Positions 15,345-29,938 are shown, counted from the first letter of the stretch. The stretch is DNA of 64,000 bases from the human T2T-CHM13v2.0 reference genome, Homo sapiens (GCF_009914755.1 NC_060931.1), one strand, 5' to 3'. The notes: a model not told the origin generated them from the letters alone. A program made the numbers and translations.

Positions 15345-17190
15345 CTTAATGTATTTGAGGCCTTCGTTGCCTTGCCTTTGTTGGGCTGTGGCTGCTGAAA
15401 TATTTCACTCACAATTATCAATGGTCATAGAAGAACCAAAAGACACATTGGTGAATACCCTAGGATAAGAACATACTCTACTATCCCTCCATTGTGTAAT
15501 AACAAACTTATCCAGCCTTACATTCCTGCTTCATAACCTTCAGTTAGATCCATTTCCTCACATGTTTCCCTGGTTACTGCTGCCATATACTAATCAGGCA
15601 TTTCATTTCTTTGCTGTTTAAGTTTTTTCTCCCCAAAGCAAAGTCTATTCTTCTCTTTTTGGATTGTGAGGAGATTTGATCATTGGCCCCTCATTTGGTC
15701 CTGGGGCCAATGAGGGATATTGGGGACTGATTATTTTGAGAACAAACATTATCTTTTTACACTCCTACTTAGGTCAATTCGGTAGACAGTCCCTAGAAAA
15801 CGGCAAGCTGTTCTCCTATGACAAGTTGTTTTAGGGCTGTCTCTACTGACCAAGAAGATTAAAGAAAATTTAGTAAGTTGATATTCCCAGGTTCATTTAT
15901 CTAAACACAACTACCCCAGGTTTTAGGGTCTCACTCTTTCTCTATCAAGGCCCTAGTTTGATGTAGGAAACTTACTAAGAGGACACCTTTCATCTCCTCT
16001 ACAATTTTCCCATTCTATGTTCAGATCTGAGACTTGATCTTTAGCACAATCTACCAGAGGAACAATATATAAACAAACAACTCCTTGAAAGCTCCCATAA
16101 AGACTCTTTGGTTTTCATAGAAAACAGCTGTTGTTAGACTGTCATTTTTATCTTTCTCAAAGTTTCCAACATTACTAAAAGCTCAGTTATTATTGTCCCC
16201 ATAATGATCAATGCAGCAGCTGCTTGTATTCCAGCACTTTACTTACCTGTACTCCATTCCAATTAACCCCAGCTCAAGGTGTGAATAATTATGATATCTC
16301 TGAACACCAAAAATTATTATCCTCCCCGACTTACCATGAGCTTTGTGATTGCTTTTGCCTTCAAACAGGCAGGGAATCCAATTCCAAAATACCCTCCTGA
16401 AGGATGTGTGCTGTCTAGAACTAGTCTAGGATTTCCTCAAACACAGAGCCTGAGGAAAAGAATAAGAGCAAAGAGGGAAGTGAAACAAAGAGGAAGAGTA
16501 AATACAAAAGGTGTCTAATGGAGTTGACAGCATCACCAGAAAAACAGCTGGTTGGTTCAGATGTGAACAGCTGATATGTTCACAGGGAACATATCCAGAG
16601 ACACAGCATAAAACCCCCATGTAGTAGTCTGCTTAGGCTGCCAAAAGAAAATACCACTGACTAGATGGCTTCAACAACAGAAGTTTATTTTGTCACAGCT
16701 CTGAAGGCTGGAAGTCCAAGATCAAGATGTCAGCAGGTTTGATTTCTCCCGAGGCTCTCTCCTTGGCTTGCAGATGGCCACCTTCTCACTGTGTTCTCAC
16801 ATGGCCTTTCCTCTGAGTGTGTGCATCCCTAGTGTCTTTTTCTTTCTATGAGGACACCAATCATATGGGACTAAAGCCCCACCTTTGTGACCTCATTTAG
16901 CCTTCATTGCCTCCTTAAAGTCCCTGTCTCCAAATACAGTCATATTGGAGGTTAGAGCTTCATAATATGAATTTGTGGGGGAGGGATTCAATTCAGTCTA
17001 GAACCTCCACTTCTCAAAACAGTCTGTTTTGTATATGTGAGGGAGTAGTGGTGAGGTTGAGAGGACACATCAAGAGAAAGTTCAAGCAATTCAACTATTG
17101 CATATTCCTTATTTCCTGTGTCTCATTGAGCAATGTCGGCCACATAAGCATTAACTCCCCACACTTTGAGGCCTATCTGGGCAGACTTTG
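15345..17190 (-). mobile_element. Ancient ERVL remnant: LTR16-like LTR (~16410-17190) plus ERV3-16A3-like internal sequence (possibly continuing at ~11750-12610 beyond the L1)
   Basis: LTR-like 'acagagcctgagg...gggaagtgaaaca' and 'gcattaactccccacactt'; leader-like minus-strand 'ggagggtattttggaattgg'; heavily diverged. Confidence 0.4.
16620..16985 (-). mobile_element. MLT1A/MLT1A0 MaLR solo LTR nested in the ERVL LTR
   Basis: 'ggctggaagtccaagatcaag', 'ctccttggcttgcagatggccaccttctc', 'ccctgtctccaaatacagtca', 'caattcagtc'. Confidence 0.85.
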
Positions 17191-20100
17191 AAGAGGACAG
17201 AAACTTTATGGGTCTATTCATCAAGTCCTCATTTGTAACAATAATTGTTTTCAATTAATGCTGTTTATCAGGCTCTATGGTCTCTAGCAGTGCTAAGGCT
17301 GTAATTAATTAGGAAGAAAGCCAAGAAGGCCTGGAGGAGGAAACTGGTAGAAAAGGGAACTGGAAGGGTGAAAATATATAGTATTGGAGAGCTAATAGTA
17401 TATTTTTTCTGGATTGATAAGTTTTATCATTACATCAGATAATATGTTTGACTTTTAATGATTTGAGATATTAGACATTTCATTCTAAATGAAGCCAAAC
17501 TAGCAACTTGTAATGGAGAACTCATATGACATAGTCTATGCTGATGATACAAATCTCTGAAATAATGTTTCTGTGGGATATGGGAAAATTAGCTGTTAGA
17601 CTGCCAATTTGTGCAACTTGGGAATATTTGGCTACAGGAGAGCTTGTAAAGCGGTAGTCCTTGGTATTGTCCTTCAAAGCTAGGGGTGAAGGGGTATGAG
17701 GAAAGCTCTTATTTTTACAAAGTATTATGTACTTTTCTTGTCCCTTTTCGAAAATTATCTGAACTTACAATTTTAGAGATAGAACAAATGATTACTGGGT
17801 TAAAGACTGGATATCCTTAGAAGCATGCATAATGACATATAATAAAGTGAATATAGATCTTTTTTGTTTTCATTGCAGATTTTTGGCCCTGGACTCTTAT
17901 ACTTTCAAGGATAGTCATAAGGGTTTTAGTCATTTTTTAACCAGGATCAGCTGAGACAGTGATAGCAGAGCATTACACCAAGTGCGAGGCCTTCTAAGTT
18001 CAGGGACTTGTGCAATTGCAAAGGACATGCAATCATGAAGCTGGCCTTGTCTACAACATCATTTATTGCAAAATAAAGAACAAGAAACAAGTATTTTTAC
18101 TATTTCACACAGAAAATATGTATTTGTACAAAGAAAGTAGAAAATATATTATTTTGAACAAAGTAAAAATTAATATAAACAATCTTTCCCCATATATCAA
18201 AATTTAAACAGTCAATATTTAAACTTTAATTCAGAAAATGACAACATAATTTATTAATATTTTAATACTATATCATATTTAGTTGTTTTCTTCATACACG
18301 ATTGCAGTTTAGGAACATATATACATATCATACATATCATTAAGTAAAACTGGAATATCTAACATGTTCTGATATAATTTTTATGATAGATATAATAGAG
18401 TACTTCTCATATATCCCACACCCAGCTTTCCCTATTATGAATATCTTACAATATTATGCTACATTGGTTAAAATTAGTTAACTGAAAGATGGAATGAAGG
18501 AAAATTAGCTTACATTGATACATAAGTATTAACTAAAGCCCATACTCTATTCAGATAGCCTTAGTTTTTACCCAATGTCCTTTTTCTGTTCCAGGATTCT
18601 ATCTAGGATACCCTATGACACATAGTTGCCAAGTCTCTTTATGTTCATCTTAACTGTGACAGTTTTTCAGACTTTTTTTTTTTGGTTTTGATAACCTTGA
18701 CGATTTTGAGGAGTACTTATCAGATATTTTGAAGGATGCCCCTCTACTGCAATTTTTCTGATGTTTTTACTCATGATTAGACTGGAGTTAGGGTTTGGGG
18801 AAGAATATCATAGACATAAAGTGCCACCGTCATCATATCATATCTAAGATAGATGCTAAAGGGATGATTTACAACTGTTAATGTTGACCTTAATCACTGA
18901 TGTGCCATAATGTTTTTTAGGTTTCTCCACTGTAAGGTCATTTTTCCTCCCCTTTCCATGTAGTACTCTTTGAAAGGAAGTCACTATGCATAACCCACGC
19001 TTGAGAGGAGAGGAGTCACGTTCCACCTCCTTAAGGCAGAATAATACCTAGGTAGATTTATTCTGTCACTTTCCCCTATTTATCTATTTATGTATTAGTA
19101 ATCTATGCTTCTATTAATCCATTTTTTATTTCTGTCAGTATGGCTTCATTCCAGCAGAGAGAAATCTGACTCCCAGTATCCACCATCCATTTGTTCTCCT
19201 CAATTCCAGTGTGCACAGGAGCAATACAAAAATCATTAACCCATACCCCCATAGGAACAACTTTATCAACAAAATTATAATGTCTATGTACAGTTACTTC
19301 TGCCTTTAGTTTCACAGCCTCTACTCATTTACAAAATTACTTAGGTTGCCACGTTTTCTTCCAATCCCCTTAAGTAAGGCTGCATTATACTTTTGTACTA
19401 GGCATATTATTTTATCACATTTTACATCTCATCCTGGGATTCCCCCATACCTCCTGAAAATAGTGTTTTTTTAAATTGTCATATATTAAAGCTCACTCTT
19501 TGCATTTTAAATTCTATGGGTTTTTATAAATTCATAGTTTCATGTATTTGCCGTAAGAACATAACACAGAATAAATTCAGTTTCCATAAAATTTAGTTTT
19601 TTATCTTTTCAACCATCTTAACTCCCATCTGAACCTCTGGCAACAACTGACTGGATATAATTTATTTAGTTTTGCCTTCTCTACAGTGCCATATAATTGG
19701 TCCCATCTAGTATGCAGCTTTTTCAGACTAGCTCTTTCACTTAGCAACATGTACTTAACATGCATCCATGTCTTTTCATAACTTGAGAACTCATTTACTT
19801 TTGTCTCTAAATAATATTTCATTTTATGGCCAACCATATTTTATTAATTAGTTGATGATTATTTGGATTATATCCACTTTTTGCCTGTTATAAATAATGT
19901 TGCTATGGACATTCATGTAAAAGTATTTGTGAGGACATACATTTATATTTCTTATGGATATGTAACTAGGAGTAGAATATATAACTGGATCATATGGTAA
20001 CTCTATGTTGAACCATTTGAGGAACTGCCAGATTGTTTCCCAAAGTGGCCACATCATTTTATATTCTACCTATCTACAAATATGAAATATATCTCAAATA

Positions 20101-20875
20101 TTTAGGTCTTCTTGGATTTATTTTGTCAGTGTTTTATAGCTTTCTGCATATAGAAAGCTATATATATTTTAATTTTATACGACAAGATTTCAAAGTTTTG
20201 GTGCTATTTAAATTTTCTTCCTTTTAGTTTCAAGTTCTCATATTTTGCTGCTGGTGTATAGGCAAGCAATTGAATCTTATATGTTGACCTTTCACTAGGT
20301 CAGTTTACCACACGCACTCATTAGTTCCAGAAGTTTTTGTAGATGCATAGACAATTATGTCATATGCCAACAAAGATAATTTTATATTTTCCTTTCTAAA
20401 TGTTATGTCTTTTATTTCTTTTTTCTTGTCTTACTTCAGTAGATAGGACTTCCACTATGACATTGGGTAGGAGTCGTAAGGGAATGCATCCTTGCCTTAT
20501 TACTGATCTTAGGTGAAAAGAGAATATTTTCTCACCATTAAGCCTGTTGATATGGAAAATTACATTGAGTTTTTTTCAGTATTAAACCTGGAATAAACTC
20601 CATTTAGTTGTGGAGTAAAATTATTTTTATATCTTTTTGGATGTGATTTGTTGATAATATTTTGTATATGTTCATAAGACATACTGTTCTATAATTTTCC
20701 TTTCTTGTAATGTCTTTATTAGCTTTTATTAGGATAATGTTGCCCTTATAACAAGGAGTTAGAAAGTGTTCCCTTTGCTTCTATTTACTGCAAAAAATTG
20801 TGAAGAATTGGTAGCATGTCTTATTCAAGTATTTGGTAGAATTAACCACCAAAGCCATATGAGTATGCTGATTTT

Positions 20876-21268
20876 GTTTTTAACTGTTATTTTAAGTTCA
20901 GGGGTACAAGTGCAGGTTTGTTACATAGGTAAAGTTGTGTCATGACAGTTTGTTGTACAGAATATTTCATCACCCAGGTATTAAGCCTAGTACCATTAGT
21001 TATTTTTCCTGATCCTCCCCCTCCTCCCACCTTCCACCTCACCATCAAAAGGCCCCAGTGTGTGTTGTTCTTTCTACTCTATGTGTCCATGTGTTCTCAC
21101 CATTTAGCTCCCACTTATAGGTGAGAACTTGTGGTATTTGGTTTTCTGTTCCTATGTTAGTTTGCTAAGGATAATGGCCTCCAGCTCCACCCATGTCCTT
21201 GCAAAGGACGTGATCCTGTTCTTTTTTATTGGCTGCATAGTATTCCATTGTGTAAACGTACCATACTT
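20876..21268 (-). mobile_element. Short older L1PA (approx. L1PA11-13) 3' end
   Basis: 'ttttaagttcaggggtacaagtgcagg...tcacccaggtattaagcctag'; TSD agtatg(c/g)tgatttt at 20862-20875 and 21337-21350. Confidence 0.9.
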
Positions 21269-21270
21269 TA

Positions 21271-21385
21271 AAAACTGAATGAATAATTAACAACTTCCCA
21301 AAAGAAAAATCACCATAAAGCCCACAAAGATGAGACAGTATGGTGATTTTTCTTTTAGAAAGTTATTAATTATTGATTCAGTTTT
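21271..21385. repeat. 47-bp inverted repeat with 21-nt spacer
   Basis: 21271-21317 vs reverse complement of 21339-21385, about 4 mismatches. Confidence 0.92.
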
Positions 21386-21497
21386 CTAAGTAGATATAAG
21401 CCCATTTATATTTTCTCATTCTCTTTCTATAAACCTTGGTGGTTTGTATCTTCCAAAGAATAAGTCCATTTCATCTAATATAAAAATTGTGAGTTTT

Positions 21498-22000
21498 CAA
21501 GATATGAAATCAACCTAAGTGTCCATCAGTGGATGAATGGAGAAAGAAAAAGTGGTACATTTAGACAATGTAATACTACTTAGACATAAAAAATAATGAA
21601 ACCCTGTAATTTGCTGGCACATGGATGGAACTGGAGGACATTGTGTTAAATGAAATAAACCAAGCACAGAAAGACAAATATTACATGTTCTCACTCATAT
21701 GTGAGAGCCAAAAAAAACTGAACTCATGGAGATAGAGAGTAGAATGATGGTTACCAGCAGCTGGGAAGGGTAGTAGGGCATGGGGAATATAGAGGGGAAG
21801 GTTGATGAGCACAAAGATACAGTTAGGTAGAAGCAACTAAATCTAATGTTTGATAGCACAACAGGACAACTAAAGTTAACAATAGCATATTGTATATTTC
21901 AAAATAACTAAAAAAGTAGAATTGGAAAGTTTCTAACACAAAGAAGTGATAAACGCTTGAGGTGATAGATATTCCAATTACCCTGGTTACCTTAGCTAGA
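21498..22000 (+). mobile_element. L1MA-type 3' end
   Basis: 'atcaacctaagtgtccatc', 'catggatggaactggaggacatt', 'gaactcatggagatagagagtagaatgatggttacc'. Confidence 0.85.
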
Positions 22001-23319
22001 CATTTATTGATTTTTAAAAATATTTTCATAGAGGCACCTTTTGGTTAACTTGATTGTCCCTAGTGTTTTACTGTTTAAAATGTTATGGATTTCTGCTCTA
22101 ACTTTTATTTCTTCTCTTTGTTTTGGGCTTAAATTGACCTTCTTTCTATAGTTTTCTATGTGAAATATGGATTAAAATTACTGATTTAGATATTTCTTAC
22201 TTTCTTATATATGCATTTAGTATTAAAAATTTCTGTCATACCCCTGCTTTAACTATATCCCATACATTTTGGTAAGTTGTATTTGTATTTTACTCAGTTC
22301 AAAATATTTCTAAATTTTTGTTGAATCTACTTTTTTGACTTATAGGTTACTTGGATATATGATGTTAAACTTGTAAACATTTGCAGTGTTACTATTTTTT
22401 TATTTCTAGTTCAACTCTACTGTAGTGTGAGATACTTTCTATTATTTCTATTCTTTTTCAGTTTTAATATGTATTTTATGGCCCAGAACATGGTATATCC
22501 TGGTAAATTATTCATATAATCTTTCAAACTATGTGTATTTTGCTATTGTTACATGGAATATTCTAAAATTGTCGATTAGATTAAATTAATTGATGGGGCT
22601 ATTCAATTCATCTATATTCTCAATGATTTTCTATCTGCTGGATCTATTGTCTACTGAAAGAAGAGTATTGAATCTCCAACTCTAATAGGAGACATGCCTA
22701 ATTCTCTTTGCAGTTTTTGCCTTATATATTTTGCTGCTCTGTTATTAGGTGCCTACACATTTGGGACTATTATATTGTCCTAGAGAATTCACCCCTTTAA
22801 CATATATCATATCTATGTTATTGTGGATGATTTTCTTGTTCTGAAATCTGCTTTGTTTGAAATTAATATAACTACTTCAGATACTTTTGATTAGTGTTAT
22901 GATATAAATTTCTTCCTCAGTTTACCTTTAAGCTATTGGAATCCTTATATTAAACTGTTTCTTGTAGACAACATATTTTTTGTCTGTTTTTCTTTAAATC
23001 CATACTGAAAATCTTTATTTAAAACTGGCATATTTAGATCATCGACATTTAAAGTGACTCTTGATATAGTTGGCTCAATATTCTCCATATATGTAGCTGT
23101 TTTCTCTTTTTTGGCAGTTGTTCTTTCCCCTCCACCACTTTTCTGCTTTCTCTAGCTTTAATTCAGCATTTTATATAATTCCACTTTATCTCCTCTATTA
23201 GCATGTCAATGATACTTCCTTTTAAATTTTACATTGATTGTTCTAGAGTTTCAATATACATTTTTTAACCAGTAAAGTGTATTTTCAAATGACACTATAT
23301 GACTTAATGTGTAATGCCT

Positions 23320-23640
23320 ATGTTTATTTATATATGTATATGTGTGTATATATGTGTATATCTATATAAAATTCTTTCTACATATACATATACAAATATG
23401 TATACATATGCAAATTATCTACATATACACATATATGTATGTATAGATTATTTTGTCATATATACATATGCCACATATACATCATACAGACATATATGTA
23501 TGCATATATGTATTTATGCATATGTCTTATATGTATGCTTATATATACATAGGTATGTATACATATGTCTTACATAGGTATGTTTATGTATACAGATGTA
23601 TACATATATATGACATATACATGACATATTATATATGACA
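23320..23640. repeat. Degenerate (TA/TG/CA)n low-complexity tract
   Basis: TATATG/TACA-type repeats. Confidence 0.9.
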
Positions 23641-24490
23641 GAAAATTCTAATTCCTCCCATTGCTGATGATATTTCTGTTACTCATTCACTGATTTGTAT
23701 ACTATAATCACCCAACACATTATTACTGTTACTTTAAAAAAGGTTATCTTTTAGATTAAGAAGAAAAATAAATGATTTTATTTAATCATTATTTATTCCT
23801 TTTCTGATATTCTTTTCTTTTTAATGGAGATCCAAGTTCCTGATGGATATAATTTTCCTTTTCCCTGAAGAACCTCTTTTAAAATTTTTTTGCCGACAGG
23901 TCTTTTGATGGTGTATTTTCTCAGTTTTTGTTTGTCTGAAAGTCTTTATTTCTGCTTCACTGTTGAAGGAGAAGGTTAAGTTTGCTGGATACAGAATTTC
24001 TGTTTGGGAGGTTTTTTAAAATTTTAAATATTCACTATTCTCTCTTCCTGCTTGAATGGAATCACCATGCTGTGTTTCTCACTGTAACTCCTTGTTCTTT
24101 GCTAGGTACAGTGGTTATTTTCCCTGTCTAATTTATTTCAAGATTTTCTTATTATCTTAGTTTTCTGAAGTGAGAATATGTTATCCTTAGGTGTAATATT
24201 TTTGGAATTTATCCTGCTTGGTTTTCCTTGAGCTTCCTGGATCTATGGTTTTGTGTATGTCATTAATTTTGAATGCTCTTGACCATTATTACTTCAACTA
24301 TTTTGTCTGCTTTTGCCTCTCTTTCTTCTCCCCCCTGGCATTCCAATTACATTTACATTTACCTTTTGTAATTATCCCCACAGTTCTTGGGTGTTCAGTT
24401 TTATTCTCTTCTTTGCATTCAGAAGTTTCTATTGATATATCTTCAAGTTCACTGTTTCTTCCCTTGGTTGTATCCAGTGGACTGATTCAC

Positions 24491-24784
<294 letters not shown>

Positions 24785-24842
24785 AAAGTCATTCTTAAAT
24801 CACTGTAATGTTTTTGATTTTTAAAATTTATTTTGAACCCTT

Positions 24843-25280
24843 TGTATTAAGAATTCTGACTCTATTTTTTTTTTTTTTTTTTTTTTTTTTAGTGTTTGAC
24901 TTCTGATAACTTCTAAGTCTTACTCCTCTGTATGTCTTTTGTTCCACATCTGAGCAAGCTAATAAGAAAGCCTGGGTGCTTTCTGCTTTGGTGCTTACAG
25001 GAGATCCAAACCATACAACCCTCTGCTTGCACACAGGAACTCTCACCTCAATCTCACTTTCTAACCACAAGCAAAACCCAAAGGCAGTCTCCTTTCCTTT
25101 CTCCCATAAACCATTGCGGACCTACTTGGGAGGCCTGCACCCCATTGTCCACAAAAACTTGAATTCTGTAAGTAATAATTTTTTAAGCTCTTTCGGAGTG
25201 GGTTTCACATCCTCAGTCTCAACATCTGAATTAAATATTGACTGAGAGTGAATCCTGCACCTTCAGAATGGCTACAAAAT
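24843..25280 (+). mobile_element. ERVL solo LTR, LTR47-like, with internal T26
   Basis: 'tgtattaagaattctgactctatttt..tgtttgac', 'cacatctgagcaagctaataagaaagcctgggtgct', 'cagtctcaacatctgaa'. Confidence 0.6.
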
Positions 25281-26687
25281 GCTCTCTTAGAGTTTGTGTG
25301 TGTCTCTGCTTACATAACTATCTGTTATTGAATGTTGACTACTTTTTTCCATGAGTTCTTAACATCTTAATTATTTTAAAAAAATCCTCTGATGATTCCA
25401 ACATCTGTCTCTTTCCTCAGATGACTGTTTCTGCTGCTTACTGTGGCTTTAAATACTTTTTTTGGCCCTTTAAAATGTCTTATAATTTTTGGTTTAAAGT
25501 CCAACTTGTATCAGTTAACAGAACTGAGGTATATCAGCCTTTAATGTCAGGATTTATATTAATCTGGGTAGGAGTTGGGCTGTGTTCAATGTTTGTTATA
25601 GTTTTAGATGCCATAGTCCTTTATATTCCTGCAGTACTCTTATTTGTGTTTATTTTTTTGACTTTGGGATTCCCTAAGTCTTCTTCAGACAGATTCTGCA
25701 TGTTGTAATAATTTCAGATGTAATCCCCTTCAGTTATTAACTGAAGCCCTGACCTAATAATGGTCAGGTATGGGGTAGGAAAAGCACATTATAATCTCAC
25801 ATGAAATCTCATTCTTTTAGTGGGCCTGTGTCTCTGAGCTGTGACCTTCACAAGTATTTTTCTCATGATATATCTTTCCCTCCTCTGTGCCATTTATGTA
25901 AGACAAGACTGCTAGAAGGTGCTAGCATGAAAAGAATGTCATTTCCAAGTTTAGACAAGGCTCTGGTAAAGTCTTTCTCCCGGAGGATAGACCTTTGTTA
26001 CAGATAATGCACTGGGCATATTTTACAATGATTGCTATTCCTCTGTTCTTGCCAGAGACAGGAGGAAACCTTTTTTTTTTTCTTCATCATGGGAACAAGG
26101 TGAGGTTCTCTGAGGTAACATTCCCTAAGACAGGAACCCCAGGACTTTCCAACTCTAAGGATTTCCCACATTCAGGATCCAGAAGTTTTCAAAATTACCT
26201 CTTAAGTTTTCCTACTAGTTTATGGCCCCAGAGGCTTCTACTCCAGGTAAGCAGTTCTCTGCAACTCTGAATTTGCTTGTATTTCTAGATTTTAAGGTGA
26301 CAGTTTGCCCTGTAATATCAGTTCTCTGACGGGTCCAAGACAAGCCATCAATTTTAAGTTTCTTTAACTATTTCTTATTGTAAGGATGGGAATTGGAAAT
26401 GCTAAGCTCTTTAAAGATTTGGGCTAAAACTGGAGGTAATGCTCATATTCTGTTTTTATCAAATTCACTGTTAAATATATATCATCTATCCTTCACACTC
26501 AGACAAAATCAAAACAATATTCAGTGATCAGTCACTCATTTTTAGATATTTGGGTTAACTGACGAAGGCTTTCATTTCCTTCTCCTATATAATCCTTGTA
26601 CAATGGAACAAGGAGATAAGCAGTGAAAGGCCAAGGGAATGTCTGGAGTTAGGACTTCAGGTGATTCACAACTTGGCTGCCACTCAC

Positions 26688-26798
26688 CCGAGACTGCCCA
26701 AGCCCAGATTTCTTCCTTCTATAAGAATATTGATTCTTGCAAATAAGATGAACCTAAATGTGGTCCAGGAGTCAGCATCTTCTACATGGTACTCAGAT
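26688..26798 (-). other. Candidate exon B (111 nt, partly MIR-like)
   Basis: Long polypyrimidine acceptor ending 'tttctttttgaag|A'; donor CGG|gtgagt; open in phase 2-2. Confidence 0.45.
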
Positions 26799-27479
26799 CT
26801 TCAAAAAGAAAAAAAGGAAAAAAATACAACCCCATTAAATAAGACAGTTATAGCTGCTGCTTTTTCTTTTTCATCATCCTTGTCTGTTTTCCTTTTCTTA
26901 CCCCTCTTCTTCATGTAAGGCTTTCCTTATAACCCAATATAATTAGACAGAAACATAATAGTAACGTATTACCAAGAGTGCAATTATTTCTACTTTAAAG
27001 TATAAAACTGGTCAAACAAAATTGATAATATTAATCTCAGTTAAGTTAGTTATTTTAATACAGACAGATGAAAAAAGGACTCATCACTTCAGTAAGTTTC
27101 ACATACCACCTCTTCTAACCAGAAAGGAGTATTCTCTCAAGTAAAATAGTTCCTCATTCTTTCAAAAATTTAAAGTGCTTTATCTATAATGCTTTGGTAT
27201 CCTAATTTCCCTTTATCTGGATTACATAGCCCATTGACATTCAAGCATAGTAAAAGAAAATGCTAAAATTTTATCTTGAATGTTAAAGCACAAGGACTTC
27301 TGTGAATGATGAGAGATTTCTCGAGTGTCACTGGTCAACACTCATTCCAACATATTGACAGAACGAAAATACTAACACCTAACTCCCTAGTAAAATATAT
27401 ACTTTCAGTACAGAAAATAAAATAACCCTGTCTTCTACTTGTTGAGAAAAAGTAGGTAAAATATTAAAGTGGAAAAATA

Positions 27480-27680
27480 TGGCATTAGAGAGAGAAGTAC
27501 CTGAATTTGAATCCTGAACTTGCTATGCAGCTTCAATGAGTTATACAACCTCTCTAATCCTTGGTTTCCTTAACCTTAAAATGGATACACTAATATTTAA
27601 CTGGAAGAATTGTTGAAATGTTTAATTTGGCTCATCAAAATAACTAATGCAGAATGATAGATATTCAATAAGTGATAACT
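27480..27680 (+). mobile_element. MIR
   Basis: 'cctgaatttgaatcctg...aacctctctaatccttggtttcc...aaaatggata'. Confidence 0.65.
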
Positions 27681-27841
27681 ATAATTATTGTTAATGTGTA
27701 AAAGTTTTCTTGCAAAGATATATTTCATTAAAAACCATCACAACTTGCATTTGAAATGAATAGAGAAAGATCTGCTACTCTATTTCTACTCATACCTCCA
27801 GATAGCATGATGCTTCTTCCTGAAATAAAAATAGGAGGAAG

Positions 27842-28135
27842 GGCTGGGCGCGGTGGCTCACGCCTGTAATCCCAGCACTTTGGGAGGCCGAGGCGGGCGG
27901 ATCACGAGGTCAGAAGATGGAGACCATCCTGGCTAACACGGTGAAACCTCATCTCTACTAAAACTACACAAAAATTAGCCGGGCTTGGTGGCGGGCACCT
28001 GTAGTCCCAGCTACTCGGGAGGCTGGGACAGGAGGATGGCATGAAGCCAGGAGGCGGAGCTTGCAGTGAGCCAAGATGGCGCCACTGCACTCCAGCCTGG
28101 GCGACAGAGCGAGACTCTGTCTCAAAAAAATAAAA
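27842..28135 (+). mobile_element. AluY
   Basis: 'gatcacgaggtc', 'accatcctggctaacacggtg', 'ggagcttgcagtgag'; many CpGs retained. Confidence 0.95.
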
Positions 28136-28595
28136 TAGAGGAGGAGGAAGGGGAAGAGGAGGAGGAGAAAGAAAGGAGGAGGCAGAGATGGCTCCACTCC
28201 TGAATACGTTTTAGGTAGTGTGGTATTTAAGCACTTCATCTTGGCCAAATTTGATAACAATTAAAGTTTGTTTCCAGGTTCCTTGGGACTCTATTTTAGT
28301 GTTCGTTTCCACTCCAGATTAGACCTTTCCAAATACTCTCAGAAACTTTAGATGTCCTCCAATCAAACTCTGCTCTCTTGAAAAGACTGCCAGCAGTCTT
28401 TTATACCTCTCTATATTGCCATTCCAGAAATACTGGTATTTGGGGTCATGTTTCTAACTAGGGAATTGAGAGTTACAGATAGCATAAGGAGTAGTATAAG
28501 GATATTGCAACAAGGATTTTGTAAAGGATCCCTGAGTAAGGGATCTCAAGCCTTAGATGGAAGAAATATATCATGTTTGCATGTGTGTTAGTGTG

Positions 28596-28629
<34 letters not shown>

Positions 28630-28796
28630 TCATCCAGCTTGTGGCCCTATGAGCCCTGTACAGAAAATGGTAGAGGCTGAGAACATAGACATTCCCACAT
28701 TTAATAATGCAAGAGGGTATTCCTTTAGTTGAATACTTCTTTTCAGAAATCCACACAAAATCAGATATAAAGAAATTCAACAGAAAAGAAAAATCA

Positions 28797-29270
<474 letters not shown>

Positions 29271-29838
29271 ACTTTTCTAGTTTGTTTATTTCATAAATTG
29301 GCAACAATTTGTTAATTTTTTCAAAAGAGTTGTAAAATGTGTTATTTATTCCGAAGAAACCCATAAAACATTGAGAAAGGAAGAAAAACAATAGTTTTTC
29401 TTCATACTAACACATAGCAAATATTGAATGAACAATTCAATTCCATCAGCTTTCAAAACCCAAGGTATTTGGTTCTTGTTTGTGATGGTGCTGGTAGTGG
29501 CAATATATATGTAAGTGTGTATATTTTAAATTATAAAGCATTTTGAAATCCTTGTACATTAATTATTGAAACTGCAGTCATTTAATATGGAGTTTCACCA
29601 GTCTATGTGTGAAAGACTAATGAAAGGGTTAAAGAATTCACAATTTCCCAAAAGAAAAAAGAAATCATGAAATAAATCCACTATTAGAGTCTAAATGGTA
29701 ATGCAGCCTCATTTAAATAACAAGGAAATTATAACTTTCCAAATAATAAAAAGCTTAAAGCAGCTTAAAAATAGCTCTGGGTGAACACACGACAACTAAA
29801 AACAAAATGGAAGAATGGAAGCTCAGTTCCTACCTTAC

Positions 29839-29938
29839 CACTGAGGAATTTTAAGGCATCATTCCTGTAAACATTTCTCCAGTGGCTCCACGGAATTTAA
29901 AAATGCCTTCCAAATTGCCTTCAGTTTTCACAGGCCAT
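29839..29938 (-). other. Candidate exon (100 nt)
   Basis: Acceptor 'atgtttcttttag|A'; donor GTG|gtaagg. Confidence 0.3.

Noticed and set aside
17860-18080. Plus-strand acceptor (ttttcattgcag) followed by AATAAA; similar plus-strand acceptor/donor at 63811-63902
   Set aside because: Isolated signals with no consistent partner exons; expected by chance
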